DNA from: an uncultured SAR86 cluster bacterium
GTDB taxonomy: Bacteria > Pseudomonadota > Gammaproteobacteria > Magnimaribacterales > AG-339-G14
NCBI GenBank assembly: GCA_902632605.1
Contig: CACPDB010000004.1
Coordinates: forward strand, 32,511-96,510
Direction of reading: 5' to 3'
DNA: 64,000 bases
The notes beneath the pieces were generated by a model. That model saw only the letters and a list, made by a program, of their open reading frames with translations. It had not been told where the DNA came from and did not search any database. Shown in pieces: positions 27,128 to 35,799 of this stretch. A program made the translations under genes and the position numbers. Position 1 is the stretch's first letter. Each line of letters begins with the position of its first letter.

Positions 27128-27556
27128 TTATTCTTTATCTTGTTCTCGTGCTTTTAATTTTTCAAGACTAAGTTTGTCTTTCAGACTCATTAAGTAAGCA
27201 GCACCTGCAAGTATAATGACTGCTGAAGCCTCGGCAATGATCATCAAGGCGTCCATTTCTTTATTTTGCATTACTATCAAACGACACAAGGCGGTAATTG
27301 CAATAATAATTGGCAGAGTTACAGGTATCCTTGAAGTCGAGTAAAAAGCACCAACCATGCCAAGTATCTCTGCATAGATAAATAACATAAATAAATCGGG
27401 TAAAGTAATTTCTCTCGCTAAAATCATCTCATAACAATATATAGCTGCAGCAATACAAGTTGATATACCAATAATCGCCAATAAAACTTTTTCACTGGCG
27501 ATAGTAGTCCAGTGAAGTCCCCTGTTTACCGATTTATCGTTAAGTTTCTCAAACAT
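27128..27556 (-). CDS. PsiE-family (phosphate-starvation-inducible E-like) membrane protein
   Basis: 142 aa. LFMLFIYAEILGMV...IIIAITALCRLIVMQ is collinear with E. coli PsiE (FLYFEFIALIV...IGITAIVRLIIV). Confidence 0.55.
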   Translation of the reverse strand: MFEKLNDKSVNRGLHWTTIASEKVLLAIIGISTCIAAAIYCYEMILAREITLPDLFMLFIYAEILGMVGAFYSTSRIPVTLPIIIAITALCRLIVMQNKEMDALMIIAEASAVIILAGAAYLMSLKDKLSLEKLKAREQDKE

Positions 27557-27662
27557 AGATTAAGTTTATCTAGTTCTTAACATCTAGCAAATAAAAATTA
27601 TATTGAATTATTATTTTTACAAATTTATCAAGAGTTTTAGCGATGGGTTTTAAAATAGTCAT

Positions 27663-28790
27663 ATGTATCAGAGAGCCAATGAAGATAAATTGGATTTTAT
27701 CCAAAAGGGATTGAAAGATTATGCTTCGCAGAGAAATTATGACTTTGGCCCCAAATCTAGAGAAAATATATCAAACTTATCAAAGTATATTTCTCACAGA
27801 ATAATTAACGAATACGATCTCATTAGAGAAATCCTCTCTGAACATAATCTTCAGAAAGTAGATAAATTCATACAAGAGATCTTTTGGCGTGTCTACTGGA
27901 AAGGTTGGCTAGAACACAGGCCCAAAGTATGGACAGATTTTGTAAATTCAACTCCAAGTTATAGAAAAGAAGATTATGAGAAAGCAATAAATGGCAAAAC
28001 TGGAATCGAGTGTTTCGATGATTGGGTGAATGAATTAAAAACAGAGAATTATTTACACAATCACACCAGAATGTGGTTTGCGAGTATTTGGATATTTACT
28101 CTTAATCTACCTTGGGAGCTGGGCGCTAGATTTTTTTTGAAGCATTTATTTGATGGAGATGCTGCCTCAAACACTTTGAGTTGGAGATGGGTTGCAGGCA
28201 TTCAAACACGAGGTAAAAATTATATTGCACGAGAATCCAATATAAGGAAATTTACCAATCAGAGGTATGTGAATACTGCTCTTAATGAAAATGCCTCACC
28301 CTTAGAAAATCATAAAATCTACTCCCTAAATGAAGTGAGACAATTACATACCGAACAAAAATGTAGGAACATTGTTTTATTCGAATCAGATCTAAACGTG
28401 AATGAAAAACAATCTTTTTATGAAAATTACGAAAATGTTTTTTTGCTATTACTAGAAAATACAGATAGAAATGTAAAGTTAGATGACACAGTCCTAAATT
28501 TTAAGAGGACCTTACAACAAGCGTTCAAGAGCAAAATAACTAATTCTGAAATTGTTAGTGTAGATGACATTAAGAAATTAAACGAAGGGTTTGATGTGTT
28601 ATATCCTGCCATTGGAGAAAATTTGGATTTTTTAAATCAACAAATAAAAGATATCAATAAAATACATTTTATAGGTTTGAAAGAAGATATTTTCTGTTGG
28701 AAATTCTCAAAAAAAGGTTTTTTCAATTTCAAGAAGAGTATTCCTGAAGTGATAAATTTTTTGCTTCACGAAAACGATTTTTTTAGTTAA
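27663..28790 (+). CDS. Photolyase/cryptochrome-related protein: FAD-binding domain at N-terminus, no canonical N-terminal alpha/beta domain, ~175-aa C-terminal extension
   Basis: WRVYWKGWLEHRP and HNHTRMWFASIW...LFDGDAASNTLSWRWVAGIQT match the photolyase FAD_binding_7 core (E. coli: WREFYRH; HNRLRMITASF...LIDGDLAANNGGWQWAAS). Confidence 0.7.
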   Translation: MYQRANEDKLDFIQKGLKDYASQRNYDFGPKSRENISNLSKYISHRIINEYDLIREILSEHNLQKVDKFIQEIFWRVYWKGWLEHRPKVWTDFVNSTPSYRKEDYEKAINGKTGIECFDDWVNELKTENYLHNHTRMWFASIWIFTLNLPWELGARFFLKHLFDGDAASNTLSWRWVAGIQTRGKNYIARESNIRKFTNQRYVNTALNENASPLENHKIYSLNEVRQLHTEQKCRNIVLFESDLNVNEKQSFYENYENVFLLLLENTDRNVKLDDTVLNFKRTLQQAFKSKITNSEIVSVDDIKKLNEGFDVLYPAIGENLDFLNQQIKDINKIHFIGLKEDIFCWKFSKKGFFNFKKSIPEVINFLLHENDFFS

Positions 28791-29041
28791 AAAGTTAATT
28801 TTTCTAAATATTCTTTGATACTATTTTTTGTATATAAAAAAAACCCTCCTTCGACACTAATAATAATAATCCAAATAAAATTTTCTTTAAAAGATTTAAT
28901 TCATTTTTTTATTTACAAATTTTTTTTTCGCTATAATATATGCTGAATCGTGATTTGATCCTATTGCCGCGATTTAAAAAAAGGTGCTAAAACGGAAGAT
29001 TAAAATTCCCAGGATTTAACTTTAATTAAACGGAGTTTTCT

Positions 29042-30163
29042 ATGAAAACATTCTATGTAAACGTCCGCTATTTAATAGTTCCTGTAATGACAGTTTTAAC
29101 TATTTGCGGACTTTTCTTGGGAGGTATCTATGCTTGGACCGGAGTTTTTCTTTTTGGTCTAAATATCATATTAGATACTGCAACCAAAAATATTCATTTA
29201 AGAGCAGACTTTGATGAAAATGGTAATTCCTTTGGAATTAAAACTTTTCAATATATCGTGATGTATCTGATGTTGCCAATTTTCATTGTGCTGCAATGTA
29301 CATTAGGTTGGAATTTGTACCAATTTACAACTTCGAGCGCTGTAACAATTGAATCGCTCATTGGGGCAATTCTCTCTACAGGATTATGGGCTGGTCTGGG
29401 TATTATTTATGGTCATGAGTTATCTCATAATAAGAAAGAAGGTTTTTCTGTATCCAGAGCTGTCATGGCTCTAAGCGGTGCTTCACACTTTACTTATGCT
29501 CATGTCTATCAACATCATTTGGAGTTGGGTCATCAGAACGATCCAGCTACTGCACCAAGAGGAAGAAATGTTTATTGGCACACATGGCTGTCTCATTTTG
29601 GTCAATCAAAATTTTCTTTTGATTTAGAAAAACAAAAACTTGAAAGACATAACAAATCATTTTTTTCCTTAGACAATAAATGGATCTTGGGTTATTTGTA
29701 TAGCTTGCCATCCATAACTCTTTTCGTCTGGTCTGGAGGAATAATCGGCATTGTTGCTCTTGTTGTGGTTTGGAGTATTTCTAATTTTCTTTTAGAAGCT
29801 TTAAATTTCATGGGTCATTACGGGCTTATACGTGAAGCTGGCAAACCAGTTGAGCATAGGCATTCCTGGGATAACGATAATCTTTTTACCAGTTGGTTTT
29901 TTATTGAAATTGGAAGACAAGGGGATCATCATGTTAGAGGAGAAACTTACTTTTGGGAATTAGATGAAGTAGGAGCTCCAAATTATGAAATTGGTTATTT
30001 CACTTTATTTCTGTTGACCCTCATTCCACCATTTTTTAGAAAATATACTCAAAAATATTTAGACGAATGGGACAATAATCAAGCTTCCGTTGCTGAAAGG
30101 CAAATTGCCAAAGATTATTACGAAGATACCAAACACTTATCAAACAATATTTTAGTTGCTTAA
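29042..30163 (+). CDS. AlkB-family integral-membrane diiron hydroxylase (alkane 1-monooxygenase-like)
   Basis: His boxes HELSHN, HVYQHHLELGH, the HYG motif NFMGHYGL, and GDHH. Matches the AlkB/XylM layout (HELGHK, EHNRGHH, HYGL, HSDHH). Confidence 0.75.
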   Translation: MKTFYVNVRYLIVPVMTVLTICGLFLGGIYAWTGVFLFGLNIILDTATKNIHLRADFDENGNSFGIKTFQYIVMYLMLPIFIVLQCTLGWNLYQFTTSSAVTIESLIGAILSTGLWAGLGIIYGHELSHNKKEGFSVSRAVMALSGASHFTYAHVYQHHLELGHQNDPATAPRGRNVYWHTWLSHFGQSKFSFDLEKQKLERHNKSFFSLDNKWILGYLYSLPSITLFVWSGGIIGIVALVVVWSISNFLLEALNFMGHYGLIREAGKPVEHRHSWDNDNLFTSWFFIEIGRQGDHHVRGETYFWELDEVGAPNYEIGYFTLFLLTLIPPFFRKYTQKYLDEWDNNQASVAERQIAKDYYEDTKHLSNNILVA

Positions 30164-30468
30164 TGTTTGGTCTTTTTAAAAAAAATAAAAGTTTCACTGC
30201 AAAACTTGCTGATTATGATCAAGAATTTATTGTTGAACCAGGTGACTCTCTTCTCACTGGTGCATTAAAGGCAGGTTTGCCTTGGCCGAAAAGGTGTCAG
30301 GTAGGAAGTTGCGGAACTTGTAAATGCAAAATTATTGATGGCAAAACAAGAGCTGAAATAGACTTCTCTTACGTATTAAGTCCTGATGAGTTGAATGATG
30401 GTTACGCTTTAGCTTGTCAGACTTCATTGAAATCAGATATCTCGGTTGCAGTTAATTTAATTGATTAA
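30163..30468 (+). CDS. Plant-type [2Fe-2S] ferredoxin (stand-alone)
   Basis: CQVGSCGTCKC...ALACQ cluster-binding motif. The ATG overlaps the upstream stop (TAATG at 30161-30165). Confidence 0.85.
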   Translation: MFGLFKKNKSFTAKLADYDQEFIVEPGDSLLTGALKAGLPWPKRCQVGSCGTCKCKIIDGKTRAEIDFSYVLSPDELNDGYALACQTSLKSDISVAVNLID

Positions 30469-30479
30469 AGGAGAATATT

Positions 30480-30689
30480 ATGGAAAGTATTAAAGCAATT
30501 AGTTTAATGGTGCTTTGGACAGTTTTGAGTTTATATGCTCTTCACTACTTGGGTGCTTTTGAAAACTTCAGAAATCCTTACTTAATAGTTCCAATTTCCT
30601 TTTCTTTATTAGGTATTCATATGTTCAATATGTTTATCTATTTTAAAGTTGGTGGAAATAAACCTTATGAGTGGAAAAAACTGAACTAG
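30480..30689 (+). CDS. Small 2-TM membrane protein, unknown function
   Basis: 69 aa with two hydrophobic helices. SD GGAG lies 7 nt upstream. Last gene before the terminator. Confidence 0.5.
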   Translation: MESIKAISLMVLWTVLSLYALHYLGAFENFRNPYLIVPISFSLLGIHMFNMFIYFKVGGNKPYEWKKLN

Positions 30690-30695
30690 TTCTTT

Positions 30696-30743
30696 GAAGG
30701 GGACGTCTATTCTCTCCCAAAATAAAGACGTTCCCTTCTTTTT
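30696..30743 (+). terminator. Intrinsic terminator after the AlkB-ferredoxin operon
   Basis: 13-bp stem GAAGGGGACGTCT (30696-30708) / AGACGTTCCCTTC (30726-30738) with one G-U pair and a 17-nt loop, followed by TTTTTATT. Confidence 0.6.
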
Positions 30744-31797
30744 ATTCTAGAAAACTTACTGCATCCAGATGCAAAGCCTGCCAACCTGATCTTTCTGCCA
30801 TCACAGCAAACATCTCATCACCTCGTTCAGTTCTTTCGACAATCATGGAAGACATAACAGCCATTAAAAAACCCACAAAGGAGCCCCGTCGATAATCATT
30901 CCATGCTTCTTCGAATGAATAACTATCTTCAACATTTAGCAAAGTGTGGTAATCCTTAACTAATTTTTTTTCAGCATCAGCCCGATCATTTGGGTTTTTA
31001 AAGCTAGTAGAAATGCAATAAGCAACATCATTAAGAGGTAATCCTACTGCTGCAGTTTGCCAATCTAGAAGAATCGCCCTATTGTCATAATCATAAAATA
31101 AAATGTTATCTAGTCTTAAATCTCCTTGGACTAAAGTCATAGGTCCTTCTCTTACTTCAGAATATTTTTCATAATTCGCAATCAATGCATCTCCCATTTC
31201 AAAAATATTTTTACTGATTCTTCCTTGATATCTATTTTTCCACTCTGGATATACTGCAGGTAGCAAATCTGTAACGAATTGTTTTCTTTCTTCACTTACA
31301 CCGTAAGTAAGCCAAGAATAGGACAAGAGATTCTCATTGTTCCAATAACTTTTGTGTAATGCTGCAGCTTCTTCTAGAATCTTGGAAACCTCTGAAAATG
31401 TACAACCTTCCATTTGAGGAATTTGTTTTGCAGGATGCATATCTTCTAAGAGTAATATTCCATCATCTGACTCAGGATTAAAATCAGAAAAATATAATTC
31501 TGGAACTCTTGCAGAACATTTTTTTGATAAATATTTATAAAAAGAGGTTTCAATTTCATAAAGATGTAAATTTCTTGCAGTATCTCTACTGGATTGGTCG
31601 GCAGCAGGACACTTAGCTATGAGTGATGTGGGAAGATTGTTTTTTTCTTTCCAGTCTAAATTTACTCTAAAACAGTCTCCAACTTGACCGGAACCTACTG
31701 GCTTAAATTCAAAGCCTTTTAAATACTCTTCTGAAGAATTGAATAGACTAGTAATGAATTTTTTAGAAAATTGACTTGGGTGTTCTAACATTCTCAA
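30742..31797 (-). CDS. APH/ChoK-fold phosphotransferase (EcKL/DUF1679-like kinase)
   Basis: Catalytic loop VQGDLRLDNILF and metal-binding LLDWQ; 351 aa. Confidence 0.7.
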   Translation of the reverse strand: MRMLEHPSQFSKKFITSLFNSSEEYLKGFEFKPVGSGQVGDCFRVNLDWKEKNNLPTSLIAKCPAADQSSRDTARNLHLYEIETSFYKYLSKKCSARVPELYFSDFNPESDDGILLLEDMHPAKQIPQMEGCTFSEVSKILEEAAALHKSYWNNENLLSYSWLTYGVSEERKQFVTDLLPAVYPEWKNRYQGRISKNIFEMGDALIANYEKYSEVREGPMTLVQGDLRLDNILFYDYDNRAILLDWQTAAVGLPLNDVAYCISTSFKNPNDRADAEKKLVKDYHTLLNVEDSYSFEEAWNDYRRGSFVGFLMAVMSSMIVERTERGDEMFAVMAERSGWQALHLDAVSFLE

Positions 31798-31804
31798 AAA
31801 ATTA

Positions 31805-32203
31805 TCAAGGACTTTTTATCTCCTTCCAAAGGATACGCAAACCAAAAAAAGCTGGCAAATAACACATCAGTGAAAAAATGATAATTTGTCCGATTAAAGG
31901 GGACTCTCTAAATATTTGAAATGCTGGAAAATCAATCAAGTCTGTTATTAATCTTACTAAGATCAAAATAAATATCATGGGTGCGCTCCTCATAAATATA
32001 GCAAAAAGAAAAGCTAGTCCTATTGCAAGATTTCTTGCAACAAATAAAGTGGAACCCAGACTTAATTCATTATCTCCAAGTCCCTCGAAAAATTGTGGAT
32101 TTAATAAAGCAATTATAGGGCCAAAAAACATTGGCGAAATTAATAAAAATAAAATTAAGTAAAGAGACCATGAATATTCTAATTTATTTGTTGATGAATT
32201 CAT
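31805..32203 (-). CDS. Hypothetical 4-TM membrane protein
   Basis: 132 aa and hydrophobic throughout. No motif recognised. Confidence 0.45.
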   Translation of the reverse strand: MNSSTNKLEYSWSLYLILFLLISPMFFGPIIALLNPQFFEGLGDNELSLGSTLFVARNLAIGLAFLFAIFMRSAPMIFILILVRLITDLIDFPAFQIFRESPLIGQIIIFSLMCYLPAFFGLRILWKEIKSP

Positions 32204-32551
32204 TAAAGAGTTCTATTTTAGGCAGTAGTTGGCATACAGAATTTAGTATTAATTCTTTGTTAATTCCTAATAATTCTCTGATTTTCTATGAATACATAAA
32301 ATACCAGAAAATTCCTTGATTCTAAATTGCTTAAGTGTAAAAAAGTTTCTATATTTATTTTTTTAAAATTGCGTCTAAATCCGGGTGCATAAGAAACTCT
32401 CGACCAGACCCCCAAATTTCAAGTTTATTTTCTGTATTTTCCACTTTTACTATTCTCCATTATGTTAATAGATATTAATCGTATCGATAAACTTTAAAAA
32501 TTCTATCATGAACATAATCTTAATTCTTTTTGGAGCATTGAAGGGTTTATT

Positions 32552-32627
<76 letters not shown>

Positions 32628-32628
32628 A

Positions 32629-33024
32629 TTAATTTCTTTGTTTGCAATCAAAGTAGGAGTAAGAATTTACACTGATTGCTTTATTATCCCAAACATTTTT
32701 ATTAAGAGATGATTGAAAACTCTTTTTATCAATGACTAATTTGTTTTCAATAGCAAAAGTTCTTTTATTGCCTTTGAAGTATCTGCCTTCATATACTTTG
32801 AGTCTATTTCTAAATTTATAAGGAATTGCTTCGGAACCAAAGAAAATGGTTTTTGCTTTGAGATTAATATCTATTACTTCTGTATCTTTTGAAGCCATAT
32901 CTTTTCCTTCAATTCCTACTAAAGTTACATCGCAGTCTAAAATAATATTTTTGGAGAATACCTGACTAGAGAAAAAGATACTGATGAAAAATATCTTAAG
33001 AGGTAAAAGTACTGCCAGCTTCAT
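32629..33024 (-). CDS. Hypothetical secreted protein
   Basis: Start taken at MKLAVLLPLKIFFISIFFSSQVFS (signal-peptide-like). The stop lies 1 nt from the tRNA-Ala 5' end. Confidence 0.5.
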   Translation of the reverse strand: MKLAVLLPLKIFFISIFFSSQVFSKNIILDCDVTLVGIEGKDMASKDTEVIDINLKAKTIFFGSEAIPYKFRNRLKVYEGRYFKGNKRTFAIENKLVIDKKSFQSSLNKNVWDNKAISVNSYSYFDCKQRN

Positions 33025-33727
33025 AAAAGATTTCAATCTTATCGTCTCTAAAATCATTATCAAGTTTATTTAACTTTAAAAAATGATTTACAAAACCGGT
33101 ATTTTTTAGAGGATTGGACCCAGTTATAAATAATTTATTTGCACTTAATAAGTTACACGCAGCAATTGTATTTTTTAAGTTCATACTAAGAGTTAACAAC
33201 CCAAAAAATTTAACCTCCTCTGCGGTAAGGATTGCAACATCTGCTTTGATTTCATTTTTATGAATAACACTTTTATTAACGACATGCCCCTCATGAAATA
33301 CGGTAAAACCTTCCGCATTGGAAATGACTAAACAATTCGCGGTAGTATTATAGGGAAAGCCAGCAGGATAAGCGCTAACTTTTAGGTTCCCTATTGAATT
33401 GGAATTGGATGAAAAATTATTGATCTTATTCTTAAGATTTTTCTTTACTAGGATGGATTTGACTTGAGAAGAACACCAAATGTCGGCATCGGGAAATTCA
33501 TTTAATGTCTTAAAATGCAGGTGATCTTCGAATGGTGCGGTAATAATAATATTCTTAACTAAAGAGTTTTCCTCCAAGGTTAAGAGAGATTTTTTATCTT
33601 TTGTTCTTTGTAAAAACCAGCCTTTTCCATCGACAAGAGAGAAATCAAACCAAGGATCAATTAAGAGAGCCTCATTACCCTCTTCTATATACCAAGATTG
33701 ATAATCGTCTACTTTTTTTACTTTCAT
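32996..33727 (-). CDS. MBL-fold (Lactamase_B_3-like) hydrolase-like protein, degenerate metal motif
   Basis: Start reset to MKVKKVDDYQSWYIEEGNEALLIDPW. The track's upstream 83 codons are antisense to the serine-hydrolase gene. FEDHLH replaces HxHxDH. Confidence 0.45.
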   Translation of the reverse strand: MKVKKVDDYQSWYIEEGNEALLIDPWFDFSLVDGKGWFLQRTKDKKSLLTLEENSLVKNIIITAPFEDHLHFKTLNEFPDADIWCSSQVKSILVKKNLKNKINNFSSNSNSIGNLKVSAYPAGFPYNTTANCLVISNAEGFTVFHEGHVVNKSVIHKNEIKADVAILTAEEVKFFGLLTLSMNLKNTIAACNLLSANKLFITGSNPLKNTGFVNHFLKLNKLDNDFRDDKIEIFYEAGSTFTS

Positions 33728-33770
33728 TTTTCCATAAATTAAAGGTATTCTATCTTTTTTGGGAGATAAA

Positions 33771-34976
33771 ATGATAAGTGGATACTGCGATGAAAAATTC
33801 TCTTCTGCCAGAGAACTATTTGAAAATAACCTTAAATCTGGCTTCGAAAGAGGAGCGGCGATTACCGTTGAAATTGAAGGTGAAAAAGTAATAGATCTTT
33901 GGGGAGGTATTGATTCCGAAGAAGAAAATACAACCTGGCAAGAAGATACAATCGTAAATGTTTTTTCTACCACCAAAGGTTTGGCAGCCGTATGTCTCCT
34001 ACAGCTAGTGGAAGAAGGAAAAGTTAATCTGGATGACCCGGTAGCTAAATATTGGCCAGAATTTGCTCAGGAAGGAAAAGATAAAATCCCTGTAAGATAT
34101 TTGTTCTGCCACAAATCTGGTCTGTGCGGTGTAACTAAGCCGTTACCAGATGACGCCTATTATAATTGGGACGTCATGGTTGATGCATTAGCAGCACAAA
34201 AACCTCAATGGGAACCTGGAACAAGACATGGTTATCATGCTTTGACTTATGGTCACTTAATTGGAGAAATGGTTAGAAGAGTAACTGGTCAATCTATTGG
34301 GGAATATTTTAATGAAAAAATTGCCGAACCTTTAAATCTTGATTTCTGGATTGGGTTGCCAGATGAACAATTTAATAAAGTAACCGATATCCAGCCTAGT
34401 TTATTTCCATTGTGGACTAGAATGGTGGCTCCAATTTTTAAAATCATCCCTAAGAGTATGTTACGTGGTGATCTTGCTTTGATTAAAGATTTCGAAGATC
34501 CTACTACTATAGCGGGTTCGGCTTTTAACAATCCAAAGATGGAGATTAAAAATCCTTTTTATGCAAATACCCGAGAATGGCGAAAAGCTGAGATACCTGC
34601 TGCCAATGGACATGGAAGTGCTAGAGCTGTAGCAAAATTTTATGGTGTTTTAGCAAATGGCGGTGAACGTGATGGTGTTCATCTACTAAATCCAGAAACA
34701 ATAGATATGGCGCGTCAAACAGAATCAGAAGGTTCCGACTTAGTTTTGGCTAATCTCCAAACTCGTTTTGGGTTAGGTTTCATGCTTGGCTCAAAGGACG
34801 TCTCAATGGGTCCAGCTGAAGGCGCTTTTGGCCATGGTGGAGCAGGTGGTTCTCTTGGTTTTGGAGATCCAGATAATCATGTTTCAATTGGTTTTGTAAT
34901 GAATCAAATGCACCCCGGAATAACTGCTTGGGAAACTGCAACTTCATTTATTGAAAAAGTATATGAGAGTAAGTGA
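33771..34976 (+). CDS. Class C beta-lactamase-fold serine hydrolase (EstB-like esterase/amidase)
   Basis: Nucleophile motif FSTTKG (S-x-x-K). ATG at 33771 lies 5 nt after GGGAG (33761-33765). Confidence 0.8.
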   Translation: MISGYCDEKFSSARELFENNLKSGFERGAAITVEIEGEKVIDLWGGIDSEEENTTWQEDTIVNVFSTTKGLAAVCLLQLVEEGKVNLDDPVAKYWPEFAQEGKDKIPVRYLFCHKSGLCGVTKPLPDDAYYNWDVMVDALAAQKPQWEPGTRHGYHALTYGHLIGEMVRRVTGQSIGEYFNEKIAEPLNLDFWIGLPDEQFNKVTDIQPSLFPLWTRMVAPIFKIIPKSMLRGDLALIKDFEDPTTIAGSAFNNPKMEIKNPFYANTREWRKAEIPAANGHGSARAVAKFYGVLANGGERDGVHLLNPETIDMARQTESEGSDLVLANLQTRFGLGFMLGSKDVSMGPAEGAFGHGGAGGSLGFGDPDNHVSIGFVMNQMHPGITAWETATSFIEKVYESK

Positions 34977-35796
34977 GAATTTATCCAAAAATGGTATCGG
35001 AGTAGAAGTCTCTGATTTTTCTTTGTCTGATTTAACAGAAGAGAATATAAGTTTTTTACGTTCAAAATGGGTTGAATATGGATTGATAGTTTTTCCTAAT
35101 CTTCCTCTGACACATGATGAATTCAAAGACTTTGCATTAAGTTTTGGAAATTTTGGCGACGATCCATTTATCTCCTCTCTTCCAGATTATCCCAATATTG
35201 CGGAGATAAAGAGAAGTGCTAATGAGAAGGCTACCCCTTTTGGAGGTACCTGGCATTCGGATTGGTCTTTTATGAAAAAACCCCCTTCTGCGACATTATT
35301 GCATTCAAAAATTATCCCTCCAGTTGGTGGAAACACTTTGTTTGCTAACACAGAAAAATCTTTTGCTGCTCTTCCGGAAAAGATGAAAAATAAATTAAGG
35401 AATCTCAAAGTAATACATTCTGCAAAAATTCCTTATGCCGATGATGGTTTTTATGCTCTTGAAAAAGAAGAACGCTCGATGAAAATCCTTCCATCTAAAG
35501 AAGCCAAAGCTGCCTTTTCTCATCCAATGATTAAAATTCATCCTGAAACCGAAAAAGAGTGTTTATTCATTAACCCTGTATATACGATCAATATCGAAGG
35601 TTTCTCAGAAGACGAATCCCAAGAACTTTTATGGGAGCTTTATGAACATATGATTCAAGATAAATTTGTTTATGAGCATGTATGGAATGAAGATATGTTA
35701 ATCATGTGGGACAATCGTACTGTTATGCACCAGGCATCTGGTGGCTACGATGGTTATGACAGATTGTTACATCGCATAACTCTTGCGGCAGTTTAA
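34963..35796 (+). CDS. TauD/TfdA-family Fe(II)/2-oxoglutarate dioxygenase
   Basis: Facial triad H-x-D in GTWHSDWSF, distal His in TVMHQA, C-terminal RLLHRIT. Confidence 0.8.
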   Translation: MRVSENLSKNGIGVEVSDFSLSDLTEENISFLRSKWVEYGLIVFPNLPLTHDEFKDFALSFGNFGDDPFISSLPDYPNIAEIKRSANEKATPFGGTWHSDWSFMKKPPSATLLHSKIIPPVGGNTLFANTEKSFAALPEKMKNKLRNLKVIHSAKIPYADDGFYALEKEERSMKILPSKEAKAAFSHPMIKIHPETEKECLFINPVYTINIEGFSEDESQELLWELYEHMIQDKFVYEHVWNEDMLIMWDNRTVMHQASGGYDGYDRLLHRITLAAV

Positions 35797-35799
35797 ATA

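Noticed and set aside
27643-27714. 23-codon ORF (MGFKIVICIREPMKINWILSKRD) upstream of and out of frame with the photolyase-related gene, considered as a frameshifted N-terminus
   Set aside because: It does not resemble the photolyase alpha/beta domain. It is also far too short to encode the missing ~130-aa domain.
28913-28938. TTTACA ... TATAAT as a sigma-70 promoter for the AlkB-like operon
   Set aside because: The spacer is only 14 nt, so it is not reported as a feature. The TATAAT alone is not diagnostic in AT-rich DNA.
28941-28991. 16-codon uORF (MLNRDLILLPRFKKRC) in the AlkB-like leader
   Set aside because: It has no SD and begins 3 nt after the candidate -10 hexamer. It shows none of the features of a leader peptide, such as runs of a regulatory codon.
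32131-32319. 62-aa plus-strand ORF in the tRNA-Ala downstream spacer
   Set aside because: It overlaps the start of the minus-strand membrane-protein gene. It has Ile/Leu/Ser/Asn-rich low-complexity sequence, no SD and no recognisable family.
33728-33976. Upstream 83 codons of the 326-aa ORF 32996-33976
   Set aside because: It is low-complexity and Ser-rich, and is antisense to the well-supported serine-hydrolase gene (33771-34976). The MBL-like similarity starts at the internal Met (33727).
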